From: a virus
Lineage: Duplodnaviria; Caudoviricetes
Length of the DNA stretch: 58,360 bases
IMG/VR virus record: IMGVR_UViG_3300016472_001092
Coordinates: 1-58,360 of that record
Direction: 5' to 3' (one strand)
Both the position numbers and the translations under genes were made by a program. Within the stretch, counting starts at the first letter, position 1, and every line of letters starts with the position of its first letter. Under the pieces are notes generated by a model, which made no database searches, was not told where the DNA came from, and saw nothing but the letters and a program-made list of their open reading frames with translations. Below are positions 9,045-18,271 of this stretch, in pieces.

Positions 9045-10679
9045 TCACTTATACAACCAAGATAAATCATCCATTCCATGATCAACTTTAGGATCTAGAT
9101 GTTTAACCTGTGAAGGTTCTCTAAGCTTATAAACATTTGCTTGATTGATCTGATTTTGAGCTCTTGCGTTGTTACCCAAAACATAGGTAGGATTATTTGG
9201 AATGGATCTAGCATCTATGCTTGCAACACCTGTCGCTTTCAACATCGCCATTGCCATTGCATAACCTGCATCATTGATTCCGGGTCCACCTTCAGTCAAC
9301 CACGTTCCTATAGCAAGGCTCATGATCAAGTCATCATGGCTATCCTTTGATGCCATTGGTTTGTTACCATTCCAAATAAAGGCCTGTAGTTGATCATAAA
9401 GCCTTTGAGAATAACTTTTTAAAGTCTTATTACGGATTAATTCTTCTAATTTTGTAAGAATTTGTACCCTTGTTTTTTGATGGGTAGGGAATCCAGGCAA
9501 TTCATCTTGTGTTAATGGTGTGTAATTTAGAGGATCACCACGGTGGTTGTGGTAATATAACCTTTGATAACCCGTATCTCGAAGTTTAACGTTAACGAAA
9601 TAACCAAACGTATTGTTTTCTGGACAGATCAAGGCATTGTTATACTTTTTGCCCCATTCAGACAAAAGATCGGCAAACTTTTCAGGTGGTATCTTTCCCA
9701 TGTATTCCGCAACAACTTCACATGTTTTTTGATTAACAACATGAAATGCTGAATAATCAGCAGCATCTCCTCGTGCAACGTCAGCAGAAATGACATAACT
9801 CTTTTCAGGCTCTGGTTGTTCCCATACCCATATATTCCTATCAAATCCAGACTTTTCAATCGGTTGCCTTATCATAGACCTCATGTCCTCTAGGTCTTCT
9901 GACTGTAAGAACGTATCACCTGATGAAATAAAGTCGCAAAGATACTCTTGGCTAACCTTTCTTTTAGGAAGGTTTCTAGTTTCTTTTATGAACCACGCTT
10001 CATCGTGTTCTGGGTGTACCGTCCACGGCAAACGTATTGGATTGAACTCGTTTGTTCCGGCCTCTGCTTCTACCCAAAGACGATAGTAAAGACCGCCGAC
10101 ACCATTGGGAGATGAAATAAGAATTGCATTACCACCCGTGGTCAGTGTAGGATATAAACCTGTCCAAATTGTGTCAAAATCTCTAATGAATGCACACTCG
10201 TCAACGATCAAAAGAGAAAGAGATTCAGAACGACCAGCATCCTCTGACGTTGGAACCGCCTTGATCTGAGAACCATTGCTAAAAGATATTTGTTGTTTTG
10301 ATGGTTCAAACTTTGGCATCAACAACCACTTTGGCAGTGATTGTAACATGACGTGAACCTTGCGAATGAAGTTCTGCGCAGTCGCAAGCTTCGTTGCAAT
10401 TACAAGTACGTTTTTATCCTTATAAAAGATCGCCAACCACGTAGCGTAGGCCGCAGACACAGTTGACAGGCCTAATTGTCTTGACTTTAAAACAATATTG
10501 AAACGATTGTTTTGAAAGTTTTCAAGACATTCCTCTTGAAATTGGTATAGATCAAAAGGAATCGTTCCTTTTAACGGATGTTGAATCTTGCAATACTTTT
10601 TTATGAAGTATGCAGGATCTTTTCCGCATCGTACTATCTCATTGACCTGTTGTTGCTTCGTCAGCAGTTTTTCTTGCAT
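9045..10679 (-). CDS. terL: Terminase large subunit (T4 gp17-like)
   Basis: Adenine-binding YQFQ, Walker A KSRQLGLST, Walker B LLIVDECAF, motif III SSPNG, nuclease motifs ADVARG..DYS, ENN and HDDLIMSLAI. Confidence 0.95.
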   Translation of the reverse strand: MQEKLLTKQQQVNEIVRCGKDPAYFIKKYCKIQHPLKGTIPFDLYQFQEECLENFQNNRFNIVLKSRQLGLSTVSAAYATWLAIFYKDKNVLVIATKLATAQNFIRKVHVMLQSLPKWLLMPKFEPSKQQISFSNGSQIKAVPTSEDAGRSESLSLLIVDECAFIRDFDTIWTGLYPTLTTGGNAILISSPNGVGGLYYRLWVEAEAGTNEFNPIRLPWTVHPEHDEAWFIKETRNLPKRKVSQEYLCDFISSGDTFLQSEDLEDMRSMIRQPIEKSGFDRNIWVWEQPEPEKSYVISADVARGDAADYSAFHVVNQKTCEVVAEYMGKIPPEKFADLLSEWGKKYNNALICPENNTFGYFVNVKLRDTGYQRLYYHNHRGDPLNYTPLTQDELPGFPTHQKTRVQILTKLEELIRNKTLKSYSQRLYDQLQAFIWNGNKPMASKDSHDDLIMSLAIGTWLTEGGPGINDAGYAMAMAMLKATGVASIDARSIPNNPTYVLGNNARAQNQINQANVYKLREPSQVKHLDPKVDHGMDDLSWLYK

Positions 10680-10686
10680 TAACGAT

Positions 10687-11106
10687 TCAACCTATGTGAA
10701 AGTACACGAACTTTCGATACAATGCAGTCTTTTTAGGGGTGTGAACTGCCATACCAATAATTTCAAGAGAATCATCAGACTTATCTTCCTTGAGAGTCAA
10801 TGTTCCCTTGACGTTTTCTGAGGTTATTCCAGTTTTCTTTCTCTCATCAACAATGTTCTTGTAGTTTTCCTTTACCGCGTCAACGACTGCCTTGATGTTT
10901 TCAGATGAAAGATTTTTTTCTCGTAGCTTGACCTGAAGCATTTGCTTTTCTGATGGAAAGTTTATCGTTGTCTGGTAGGTTAGAGCCAACACATCTGTAC
11001 CGATAAGTTTCATCTTTACAGAAAAAGAATTAACGAGTGGAGATGATGATCTTCCCCAGGTTGTGTCAATCGCTTGACCTAAAGCTCCGTAATCTATGTC
11101 TGACAT
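10687..11106 (-). CDS. Hypothetical protein
   Basis: 139-aa ORF with AAGGA RBS, directly upstream of terL. Confidence 0.7.
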   Translation of the reverse strand: MSDIDYGALGQAIDTTWGRSSSPLVNSFSVKMKLIGTDVLALTYQTTINFPSEKQMLQVKLREKNLSSENIKAVVDAVKENYKNIVDERKKTGITSENVKGTLTLKEDKSDDSLEIIGMAVHTPKKTALYRKFVYFHIG

Positions 11107-11140
11107 AAAATTCCTTTAACCTTTAAATATTGAGAAGTTT

Positions 11141-11440
11141 TTAAAACCGTATGTGTGCAGTAATCTTTTTTCTTCCTTGAAACTTGTCGTCAACCATTTT
11201 TCTATCAGGTCTCCATCCACTTTTCCATTTTTGAATGTTTGGTCTTGCCCAAAACGTTTCACAAGACTCACAACAACCAAAGTTTCTATACGATTTTTCA
11301 TCATCGTACGTTCTCATCATATAATCACACACAGGACATGAAATTGGTACATTTTCTCTTTCATCTACGGGTTTTATGATAAAAAAATCTCCACAATCTT
11401 TTATCAACCTGTCGTTCAGGTAAGGTTTCCATTCGCTCAT
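11141..11440 (-). CDS. Hypothetical Zn-finger protein
   Basis: CPVC...CESC and WRP motifs; ATGA overlap with the upstream gene's stop. Confidence 0.72.
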   Translation of the reverse strand: MSEWKPYLNDRLIKDCGDFFIIKPVDERENVPISCPVCDYMMRTYDDEKSYRNFGCCESCETFWARPNIQKWKSGWRPDRKMVDDKFQGRKKITAHIRF

Positions 11441-14019
11441 ACGTAAACAATCCTCGAATCTTTTTCATTCTTGGTTATTTCTAGAATGTGATCTGCAACA
11501 TCTTTAATTCCGTCAACATGTGTGATCACAAGAACCAATCTAAAATACTTTTTCAAACTAGTTAATAAACGATTACATGCCTCAACACCGGCATCATCAA
11601 GCGTGCCAAATCCTTCGTCAATGATGAACATGTCAGACTTTGACATGGAAGAAACATTGACTAACGCAACTCTTAATGCAATCGATGCTATTGTTTTTTC
11701 CATTCCAGAACACAACTCAATGATTCTTCTGGAATCTCCGTAGTTGATGTATATCTCTGATGCATCTGATTCATCATCGTTTTCAAGTTCAACAGAAAAA
11801 TCGACTATTCCATGAAGAATTTTTAAAATTTCCGCATTGATGACCGGGAGCTGTGACCTGGTGATGATCAACGGAATTCCTTTCTTTGAAAAAGCCCCAG
11901 AGATGATTTCATACGTCTTCATTGTTTGAAGAAGAGAATTACGTGATTCTTTTTCGGATGTTAACTTTTCAATCTCAGACATGAGCTTACCTCTTTGGGT
12001 AGCCAGTGACATCCGTGTCTCATCCCACTCTCTAATTGACTTAGATAAAATTTCAATTTTTGATCTAAGAGAAACAACCTCTGAATTTTCATCATTTTTT
12101 AATGCCTCTTGTAATTCAAGGAGCTTTATCTCTGCTTCTTTCAGGGTTACGGTAAGTGATTCACAATTTGAACGAATTTTTTCAATTTCAGTTTCTTTTC
12201 TCGATATTTCAAGATGAAGCTTCGTAGACAACGCTGATGCTTTTTCTAGCTTTGAAATCCTTGACAACAACGATTCTTTTTCAAGTTTGCTCAATGCATC
12301 TTTTAAATCATTTAATTTTCTTAAAGAAGAATTTACCCTTTCAGTTTGAGTTATCATCTTTTCTTTGTTTTGATGTGCATCTTTGATAAACTTACATGTA
12401 GGATAATCATCGCCACAAGGAACTTCATCTAAAATTTTTAACGATTTTTGTTGTGACTTTAAAAGTGTAGATTCTCTGTCATGTATGTGTTGTAACTCTA
12501 GAACTGATTTCTCAAGCTCGTCTATGTTTGAAAGTCTTTTCTTTAAAGTCGATAGATCATCGGAAGACTCAACCTCTTCAACTATCAAAAGCTTTTCTCT
12601 TAAAGAACCTATCTCTTCGTTCAAAACATCAATTTTTGAGCAAGATTCACTGCATGTGATTTTAATATTTTTTACCTTTTGTTCTTGAAGTTGAACGTCT
12701 AATATGGTTACTGGTTTGTGACCTTTATGGGACAAAAGTTCCGTTTTTAGATTTGATATTTCATTTTGTGAAGATTGAGAGTCTAAAACAAGCTGATCAA
12801 TCTTACGTGAAACATCGGTGATTGTTGAATCGTGAATCTTTTTTAATTCATCCCAGTTCTTGTCAGGAAAGTTTTTTAACTGCGCCTTAAATACGTTTAA
12901 ATCCTTTGACGACATGTCATACATCTTGTCAAAGATATCTAAGCCAAGAAATCTAGAAAGAGTTGCTCTTCTTCTTGTTGAACCTTGATGTATGAATGCA
13001 TTGATGTCTCCCTGCGCAGACAACGCCGTCAAAGAAAAATCTTCGCTAGTTCCTATTAGGTTCCTTATTAACTTTTCGGTACCCGTTCTAATATCATCAC
13101 ACAAATCATCAACGTCCCCATCTTCACGCATTCTATAGAAGTTTAAAGATGTAGATGCATTTGTAATTCCTTTTTTGTTGATTGATTTTGTTGTCTGCCT
13201 CTCTGTGATGTAAATCTTTCCATTATGATCAAAAACAGCGCGGGCATAACAATGAGGCTTTCTAATGTTACAAACATGAAGATTTTTTAAAGATCCTCTG
13301 TCTGTGGTGTTAAACAACGAATACATCATTGTTCCAACGATTGATGATTTTCCTATTCTATTTGAACCAAAGATTCCAACAATTCCATTGAGCTTTGAAA
13401 AATCTATTTCGTTTTCTTCACCATAAGCAAACGTATTATCCCACTTTAAATGCCTCAATGACCATTTTGAACCTTTAACGTAATCATCAGTTGATGCAAC
13501 CACAGACATGTATTTTTTGATTTGATTGGACATAGAATCCCAATCAACTTCGTTGTTTCCATTCTCTTTACAGTACGTTTGAATCAACCCAAGTATGACA
13601 TCCGGAGATGTAAGATCCGATTTTGCGATTGTAGTTGATCCGGTTTTAATAGTTTCACTTTCTGCACGATATTCAGCCTTAAACGTTACTTCAGTTGCTG
13701 CAAAAGAGTTTTTTAATGTATCATTTAAAAAAGTAACATCATCCTGACTTAATTCTAACTGAGACTTAATTCTAAACCTTGATTTTTGAGGATAATTTTT
13801 AACCTCTTTTAGAAAATCATCCTGTGAACCATTCCATTGAATTGTCACATATGGTTTGGGATTTGGAAGTTTTTTAAACTTAACCTCCCAATCATTTTCA
13901 TCATTAATGTCCCAAAGAAGATAACCATGATCTAACTCTTCTGCATAATTCTGCTGCACGGGACAACCACTGTAAGCTATCCAAGGTTTTTTTACCTTTA
14001 TTTTTATCTTTTTTCCCAT
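11437..14019 (-). CDS. Rad50/SbcC (gp46-like) ATPase fused to the C-terminal part of an Mre11/SbcD (gp47-like) nuclease
   Basis: N-terminal WIAYSGCPVQQNYAEE..HGYLLWD matches the last phosphoesterase motif and cap. Walker A GSNRIGKSS, coiled coil with a PCGDDYPTC hook, signature CSGMEK, Walker B FIIDEGFGTLD and ITH. Confidence 0.9.
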   Translation of the reverse strand: MGKKIKIKVKKPWIAYSGCPVQQNYAEELDHGYLLWDINDENDWEVKFKKLPNPKPYVTIQWNGSQDDFLKEVKNYPQKSRFRIKSQLELSQDDVTFLNDTLKNSFAATEVTFKAEYRAESETIKTGSTTIAKSDLTSPDVILGLIQTYCKENGNNEVDWDSMSNQIKKYMSVVASTDDYVKGSKWSLRHLKWDNTFAYGEENEIDFSKLNGIVGIFGSNRIGKSSIVGTMMYSLFNTTDRGSLKNLHVCNIRKPHCYARAVFDHNGKIYITERQTTKSINKKGITNASTSLNFYRMREDGDVDDLCDDIRTGTEKLIRNLIGTSEDFSLTALSAQGDINAFIHQGSTRRRATLSRFLGLDIFDKMYDMSSKDLNVFKAQLKNFPDKNWDELKKIHDSTITDVSRKIDQLVLDSQSSQNEISNLKTELLSHKGHKPVTILDVQLQEQKVKNIKITCSESCSKIDVLNEEIGSLREKLLIVEEVESSDDLSTLKKRLSNIDELEKSVLELQHIHDRESTLLKSQQKSLKILDEVPCGDDYPTCKFIKDAHQNKEKMITQTERVNSSLRKLNDLKDALSKLEKESLLSRISKLEKASALSTKLHLEISRKETEIEKIRSNCESLTVTLKEAEIKLLELQEALKNDENSEVVSLRSKIEILSKSIREWDETRMSLATQRGKLMSEIEKLTSEKESRNSLLQTMKTYEIISGAFSKKGIPLIITRSQLPVINAEILKILHGIVDFSVELENDDESDASEIYINYGDSRRIIELCSGMEKTIASIALRVALVNVSSMSKSDMFIIDEGFGTLDDAGVEACNRLLTSLKKYFRLVLVITHVDGIKDVADHILEITKNEKDSRIVYV

Positions 14020-14906
14020 AACTTATTAGTCAAAATCTCTGAAAAATTTTCATTTATTATTTCTGATTCCCAGAATCTTAATAGATGCAGCCCTGCGTCA
14101 TTTGCAAGTTGATTTTTTATGTTATCATTAACAGAATTGTACTGTTGGATGTGATCTTTTTCTTTGTATATAGATGGATTTGCGTGCCAATAATCACCAT
14201 CACATTCAATCAATATTTTCATTTCAGGAACATAAAAATCAAATTCTCTCTTTATTAAATCTAATTCAAGAGTATAAGGATGAACAAACTGTATTTGTAA
14301 AGAAGTCAATAACTCATACACTATTTTTTCTATTCTTGTGTCTCTTTTAGGAATAGCTTCTTTTGCAATCTGCTGACTTGTTTTTCCGTATAACTCAATA
14401 TTTGTTTTTTCACATTTTTGACGAATATCTCTGTTTGACCATGGATGTTTAAATCCATATTTGCCTTCGCAAGTTTTTCTACGCTTTTCTTTACTAAACT
14501 CAAGCTGACCGAGAGAATAACCAGTTTCTTCTTTTCTTTTATCAGAAACTTGTTTCATTAACTCTGAATGATTAATGACGTTTTCTTCTTTGCTCCAGTA
14601 TATTTTTTGAGATTCTCTTACAAGATTTCTTGTTTCTTCTGACGGAGAAACTCCATGTCTTGGATTGTTTTCACCAAGGTATGTCACTCTTTGATGATCA
14701 TCTTTACATGTTCTTGAACAATATCTTTTATTTTTATTGGATTTCCAATCTTTGCAAAAGATAAATTCTTCTTGGCAATTTTCACATTTCCTTTTTTCTC
14801 TAGCTGCTTTAGTGTTCTGCTTTGCTACACCTGCAGCTTGACATTTTCTACTACAATAACTCTTTTGTTTTTCAAGTTGTCCACCACAGTTATTACATTT
14901 TCTCAT
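14004..14906 (-). CDS. Free-standing putative homing endonuclease (Zn-finger repeats + NUMOD-like segment + Vsr/DUF559-like PD-(D/E)xK domain)
   Basis: Two CxxC...YCSxxC repeats, GENNPRHG...SEETR, and C-terminal FDFYVP...LIECDGDYWH...LLRFWESEI. Inserted between the two halves of the nuclease gene. Confidence 0.82.
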   Translation of the reverse strand: MRKCNNCGGQLEKQKSYCSRKCQAAGVAKQNTKAAREKRKCENCQEEFIFCKDWKSNKNKRYCSRTCKDDHQRVTYLGENNPRHGVSPSEETRNLVRESQKIYWSKEENVINHSELMKQVSDKRKEETGYSLGQLEFSKEKRRKTCEGKYGFKHPWSNRDIRQKCEKTNIELYGKTSQQIAKEAIPKRDTRIEKIVYELLTSLQIQFVHPYTLELDLIKREFDFYVPEMKILIECDGDYWHANPSIYKEKDHIQQYNSVNDNIKNQLANDAGLHLLRFWESEIINENFSEILTNKLWEKR

Positions 14907-14923
14907 TGTAATAACTATACCAG

Positions 14924-14943
14924 TTCAACAAAATCTTGTTGAA
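14924..14943. repeat. 8-bp hairpin between the nuclease N-fragment stop and the endonuclease start
   Basis: TTCAACAA-AATC-TTGTTGAA. Confidence 0.55.
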
Positions 14944-15594
14944 TTATTCAACGATAGTACATCCAGGATACTTGCATAAATCATCTTCATCTATCTCTAT
15001 TTCTACTTCTCTAAAATCAAGATACTGGGTCTTGTGAATATCACCAAGCAAAGCAAAATCATAATCCTTAAAAAATTCTACCTTCAGTTGAGCCTCATCT
15101 ATTTCCCAACCTGATTCAGTAACGCAGCCATAAACCGGTCCATGGTAACAAGCTATGTTAATCTTCCCAGGTTCTGGGTGAACATCCTTCCAACCTTCCT
15201 CATCAAACAGTGAATAAACACACCAATTATAACCAGGGTGGAATTCATAAATTCCGCTTTTCTTATAAAGATGAACCCGTGGATTATTTAACGCTGAAAC
15301 TATCGGTGTTACAGCGTCCTGCCTAGAAAGGTTTACAAGGTTTCCGTCATGGTTTCCCAAGGTAAGATGAACTACAGCGACCTCAGACATCGCACCCAAC
15401 CACCACGTCAAAAAATCAATGTATTCAGGAGAAATACCGGTTGTCTTGGTATGAAAGATATCACCACCAACAAAAATGTGATCTACCTTGTTTTTTTTAC
15501 AATCTTTTATAAACGCATTAAACACTTCACGGTATTCATCGTGTCGTGAAAGAGAGCGAATGTGAACGTCGGCAATATGTGCAATGCGTACCAT
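14944..15594 (-). CDS. Mre11/SbcD (gp47-like) metallophosphoesterase, N-terminal fragment
   Basis: Motifs DVH, GGDIFH, GNHD, YHG and LGDIHK. Ends just after GDIHKTQYL with a non-canonical acidic tail. Confidence 0.9.
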   Translation of the reverse strand: MVRIAHIADVHIRSLSRHDEYREVFNAFIKDCKKNKVDHIFVGGDIFHTKTTGISPEYIDFLTWWLGAMSEVAVVHLTLGNHDGNLVNLSRQDAVTPIVSALNNPRVHLYKKSGIYEFHPGYNWCVYSLFDEEGWKDVHPEPGKINIACYHGPVYGCVTESGWEIDEAQLKVEFFKDYDFALLGDIHKTQYLDFREVEIEIDEDDLCKYPGCTIVE

Positions 15595-15639
15595 TATTGC
15601 GTAAAATAATTACATAACAAGTAGTTGTTCACTAAGTTG

Positions 15640-16617
15640 TTAAAATCTAAAACTAGAAGAAACAAATTTATCAAGCTTTGTTAAAAACCTATCTTCCCAA
15701 AACAATGGTTTTGCCTCTGACAACGCTACATTAAATTCTTCTTTAGACATATTCCCAGGATCTCCCCATGGTCTAACGTCAACAACAACAACATCAACAT
15801 CATACTCTTGAAGCTTTTTTGCTATTTTTGGCGTTTTTTTGTTCCACATATCACCATCTAAAGCCAACGCAACAGGTGTGTTGTGAAGAAGAATTTTATT
15901 GAGCACTTCGTGACGTTCATCTAGGTCTGAGCCCAAAAGAGCGGTTGAATTTTCAGGACATTTGACAAGATCGAATGGTCCTTCTACAAGAATAAGTCTC
16001 TTACCCCAATCTATGTTAATTTCATTAAAGACGATAGGGTTTTTGTCGATATCTGGATTATCGTACTTGGGTTTCTTATCTTTGTCTATCGCTCGAGCAA
16101 CAAAGTAATTCAACTCACCATTACAATCAAAGGACGGCATGATAACCCTCCTCTTCCACCGAGGTTCATCAGAGACTCCAAACTTGAAGTACCAAGCATC
16201 CCTATCAGACAACCCACGAGAATAGATGTACCTCCAGGCGGCCTTGACATCAGGATCCATATCATTTGCCAATGTCAACAACCGAAAATCCTTTGGAAGC
16301 TCTATCTTTTGTGCCTTCTCAACCTCTGCGGTTATCAGGTCCGACTTGCTACCTTGCCCAGTTAATTCCCGATATGCACTGAGGTGTTCCTGGGTCCCAT
16401 ATTTCCGTAATAAAGGAGCCAGGCTTCTGGCCTTCCATCCACATGTCCAACAATGATTCGCATCGTCTGTTGTACGGATAGCTAACTTCTTCTTTGTCGG
16501 ATCAGTTGGGGCACAGATCGGACATCTAACATCGAAGTTAAGACCGTTTCCAGAGATTCGACCTCGACCAAAGATCGACTCATAAAACTTTAACTTATCC
16601 GTGAGAGAATGCACCAC
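15640..16617 (-). CDS. DNA primase (Zn finger + Toprim)
   Basis: CPIC...HCWTC, YIYSRG, RVIMPS..YFVAR, KYDNP, VEGPFD and LDGD. Confidence 0.88.
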   Translation of the reverse strand: MVHSLTDKLKFYESIFGRGRISGNGLNFDVRCPICAPTDPTKKKLAIRTTDDANHCWTCGWKARSLAPLLRKYGTQEHLSAYRELTGQGSKSDLITAEVEKAQKIELPKDFRLLTLANDMDPDVKAAWRYIYSRGLSDRDAWYFKFGVSDEPRWKRRVIMPSFDCNGELNYFVARAIDKDKKPKYDNPDIDKNPIVFNEINIDWGKRLILVEGPFDLVKCPENSTALLGSDLDERHEVLNKILLHNTPVALALDGDMWNKKTPKIAKKLQEYDVDVVVVDVRPWGDPGNMSKEEFNVALSEAKPLFWEDRFLTKLDKFVSSSFRF

Positions 16618-16638
16618 GGTATAACCGTAACTTATAAG

Positions 16639-17208
16639 TCAGTCATTTTTCAAGGGTGCGGAAATCATTGCGGCACGAGCTATCACATAAGAATCCGTCG
16701 AATCTCGGCTCCAGTCGACAGGAGCACCATTCTTTTTGAGGGGCCACTGAATATGTTTAAGGTCATGTTCAGACATATACTTGAAGACCTGTTCTTTTCC
16801 GTTCATACCGGCTATTGATGTCCGCTGCATCTTAATTCCACAAAGTTTTCTTGCGTGAGATGATGAGATGTACTCAGGATCAACCTTGAATATTTCCCTA
16901 GAGATGTAGGACACTATTCCGTTGAACCGCATCAAGGTTGTAATGGTTGCCGCAGATGACATTCCTGTTCTGAATCCCATGAGGGGTTCTTCCAGCACAA
17001 CTCGATATTCACCAGGAAACTTATGTAAAAGTGTTGCTAGCTCCACAGCAGTGAGGTCAGCTTTTTCCCAAAGAGTCTTACACTTCTTAAATTCAATTCT
17101 ATCAAGATGAAGGATATGTGAACCTTTTTCATCAATTTTAACATTAGAATTTATGACACATACACCAGTGACAGACGTAGAAACATCAAGACCGATGATA
17201 AGGCTCAT
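16639..17208 (-). CDS. RuvC-like Holliday junction resolvase
   Basis: IIGLDVSTSVTG, VVLEEP, TLMRFNG, ARK and DSTDSYVIA, fitting the RNase H-fold acidic residues. Confidence 0.8.
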   Translation of the reverse strand: MSLIIGLDVSTSVTGVCVINSNVKIDEKGSHILHLDRIEFKKCKTLWEKADLTAVELATLLHKFPGEYRVVLEEPLMGFRTGMSSAATITTLMRFNGIVSYISREIFKVDPEYISSSHARKLCGIKMQRTSIAGMNGKEQVFKYMSEHDLKHIQWPLKKNGAPVDWSRDSTDSYVIARAAMISAPLKND

Positions 17209-17819
17209 GTCGTTGTTGGTACTTCGGTTGTTTTACGACGTAAAACAATTGGTTCGCCTTTAATCGGCACAAATGATTCCCAACATGGATTTGCCGACAA
17301 AAATTCATCAACAGCCGGTTTAACCCCACACTTTTCAGTTTCAATTTTTTGAGTTACCTGAGGAACGTCTTTATAATCTTCACGATCTGCATACCATAGG
17401 TCTTTATTTGACCAACGACCATGATAATCATCAATGATTACTATACTATTGTCTTTTGTTAGGTTGTCAAGATAAGACAATTCTTTTGAAACGGTATAGT
17501 AGTTGTGATCGCCATCCAACAAAATTAAATCAAACTTGAGTGAAGATTGAATTAACTTTGGAATAACGTTTAAACTATTATCTTGATTTAAAGATATTTT
17601 TTGATCATTTTTAAAATCAATGTTATCAACTATGATTGATAAAGAATCTTGGAGTAAGACGTCAACACCAACAAAAGAAAAATTCTCATGATTCCTTGCC
17701 AAAAAAGCAAGCATTGGAATTGTGGTCATTCCTTTATCAAGACCGATCTCTAAAACAAATGGATTTTGTATTTGTGACAAATACCCTTTTATTGCAGGTA
17801 TGTAACCATGATATGCCAT
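17205..17819 (-). CDS. Class I SAM-dependent methyltransferase (Methyltransf_24-like)
   Basis: VLEIG...G, FDLILLDGDHNY, IIDDY and GVKPAVDEF. Confidence 0.78.
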   Translation of the reverse strand: MAYHGYIPAIKGYLSQIQNPFVLEIGLDKGMTTIPMLAFLARNHENFSFVGVDVLLQDSLSIIVDNIDFKNDQKISLNQDNSLNVIPKLIQSSLKFDLILLDGDHNYYTVSKELSYLDNLTKDNSIVIIDDYHGRWSNKDLWYADREDYKDVPQVTQKIETEKCGVKPAVDEFLSANPCWESFVPIKGEPIVLRRKTTEVPTTT

Positions 17820-17863
17820 ATTTCCACCATTCTTAATTTCAGGATGTCACGAGTAAAACTTGA

Positions 17864-18271
17864 TTAAAGCAAACCCATATCTTTTAATTCTATTTCCGTA
17901 AGCACTTTATAGGTCACTCCGTGGGTCGTGCACCATTCTTTGGCGGCTCTAATCTTCTTCACCACTGTGGCTTGTCCTAACTTACGAGACGGCTTGATTT
18001 CTATTATCACTTTTTTGCCATCCTTGTATTCTACTTGAAAATCTGGGTAATACTTGCGTACCTTCTTCGTCTTTTTATTAGAAACATACTCTATCACAAG
18101 TTTTTCATATGACCAAGAAACTACATTTGGATCAGCATCGAGATAATCCATGTATTTTTTTTCCCAACCTGATCTGTACTTACACTCACCCGCAATAGGT
18201 GAAACGTGCGTCCCCCTGTGATAGCGACTCTTACGTTTTCTTTTTCTTTTGGTTTTAGGAGGCATGATCAA
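17864..18271 (-). CDS. Head-completion nuclease (T4 gp4 / TnsA N-terminal-like)
   Basis: YRSGWE...LD..PNVVSWSYE, YYPDF, IEIKP and K..AAKEWC. The true start may be the ATG at 18265. Confidence 0.82.
   Translation of the reverse strand: MIMPPKTKRKRKRKSRYHRGTHVSPIAGECKYRSGWEKKYMDYLDADPNVVSWSYEKLVIEYVSNKKTKKVRKYYPDFQVEYKDGKKVIIEIKPSRKLGQATVVKKIRAAKEWCTTHGVTYKVLTEIELKDMGLL

Noticed and set aside
14947-14973. KYPGCTIVE as a target-site duplication of AYSGCPVQQ
   Set aside because: There is a peptide resemblance, but the DNA sequences are not similar enough to call a direct repeat.
14004-15009. Group I intron or split intein explaining the broken nuclease
   Set aside because: Only 37 nt of non-coding sequence and no recognisable intron core; the fragment ends lack Cys/Ser1 and His-Asn junction motifs. 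Not excluded computationally.
17864-18271. Tn7 TnsA transposase / transposon
   Set aside because: No tnsB/tnsC or terminal repeats; size and context fit the T4 gp4-like head-completion nuclease with the same fold.
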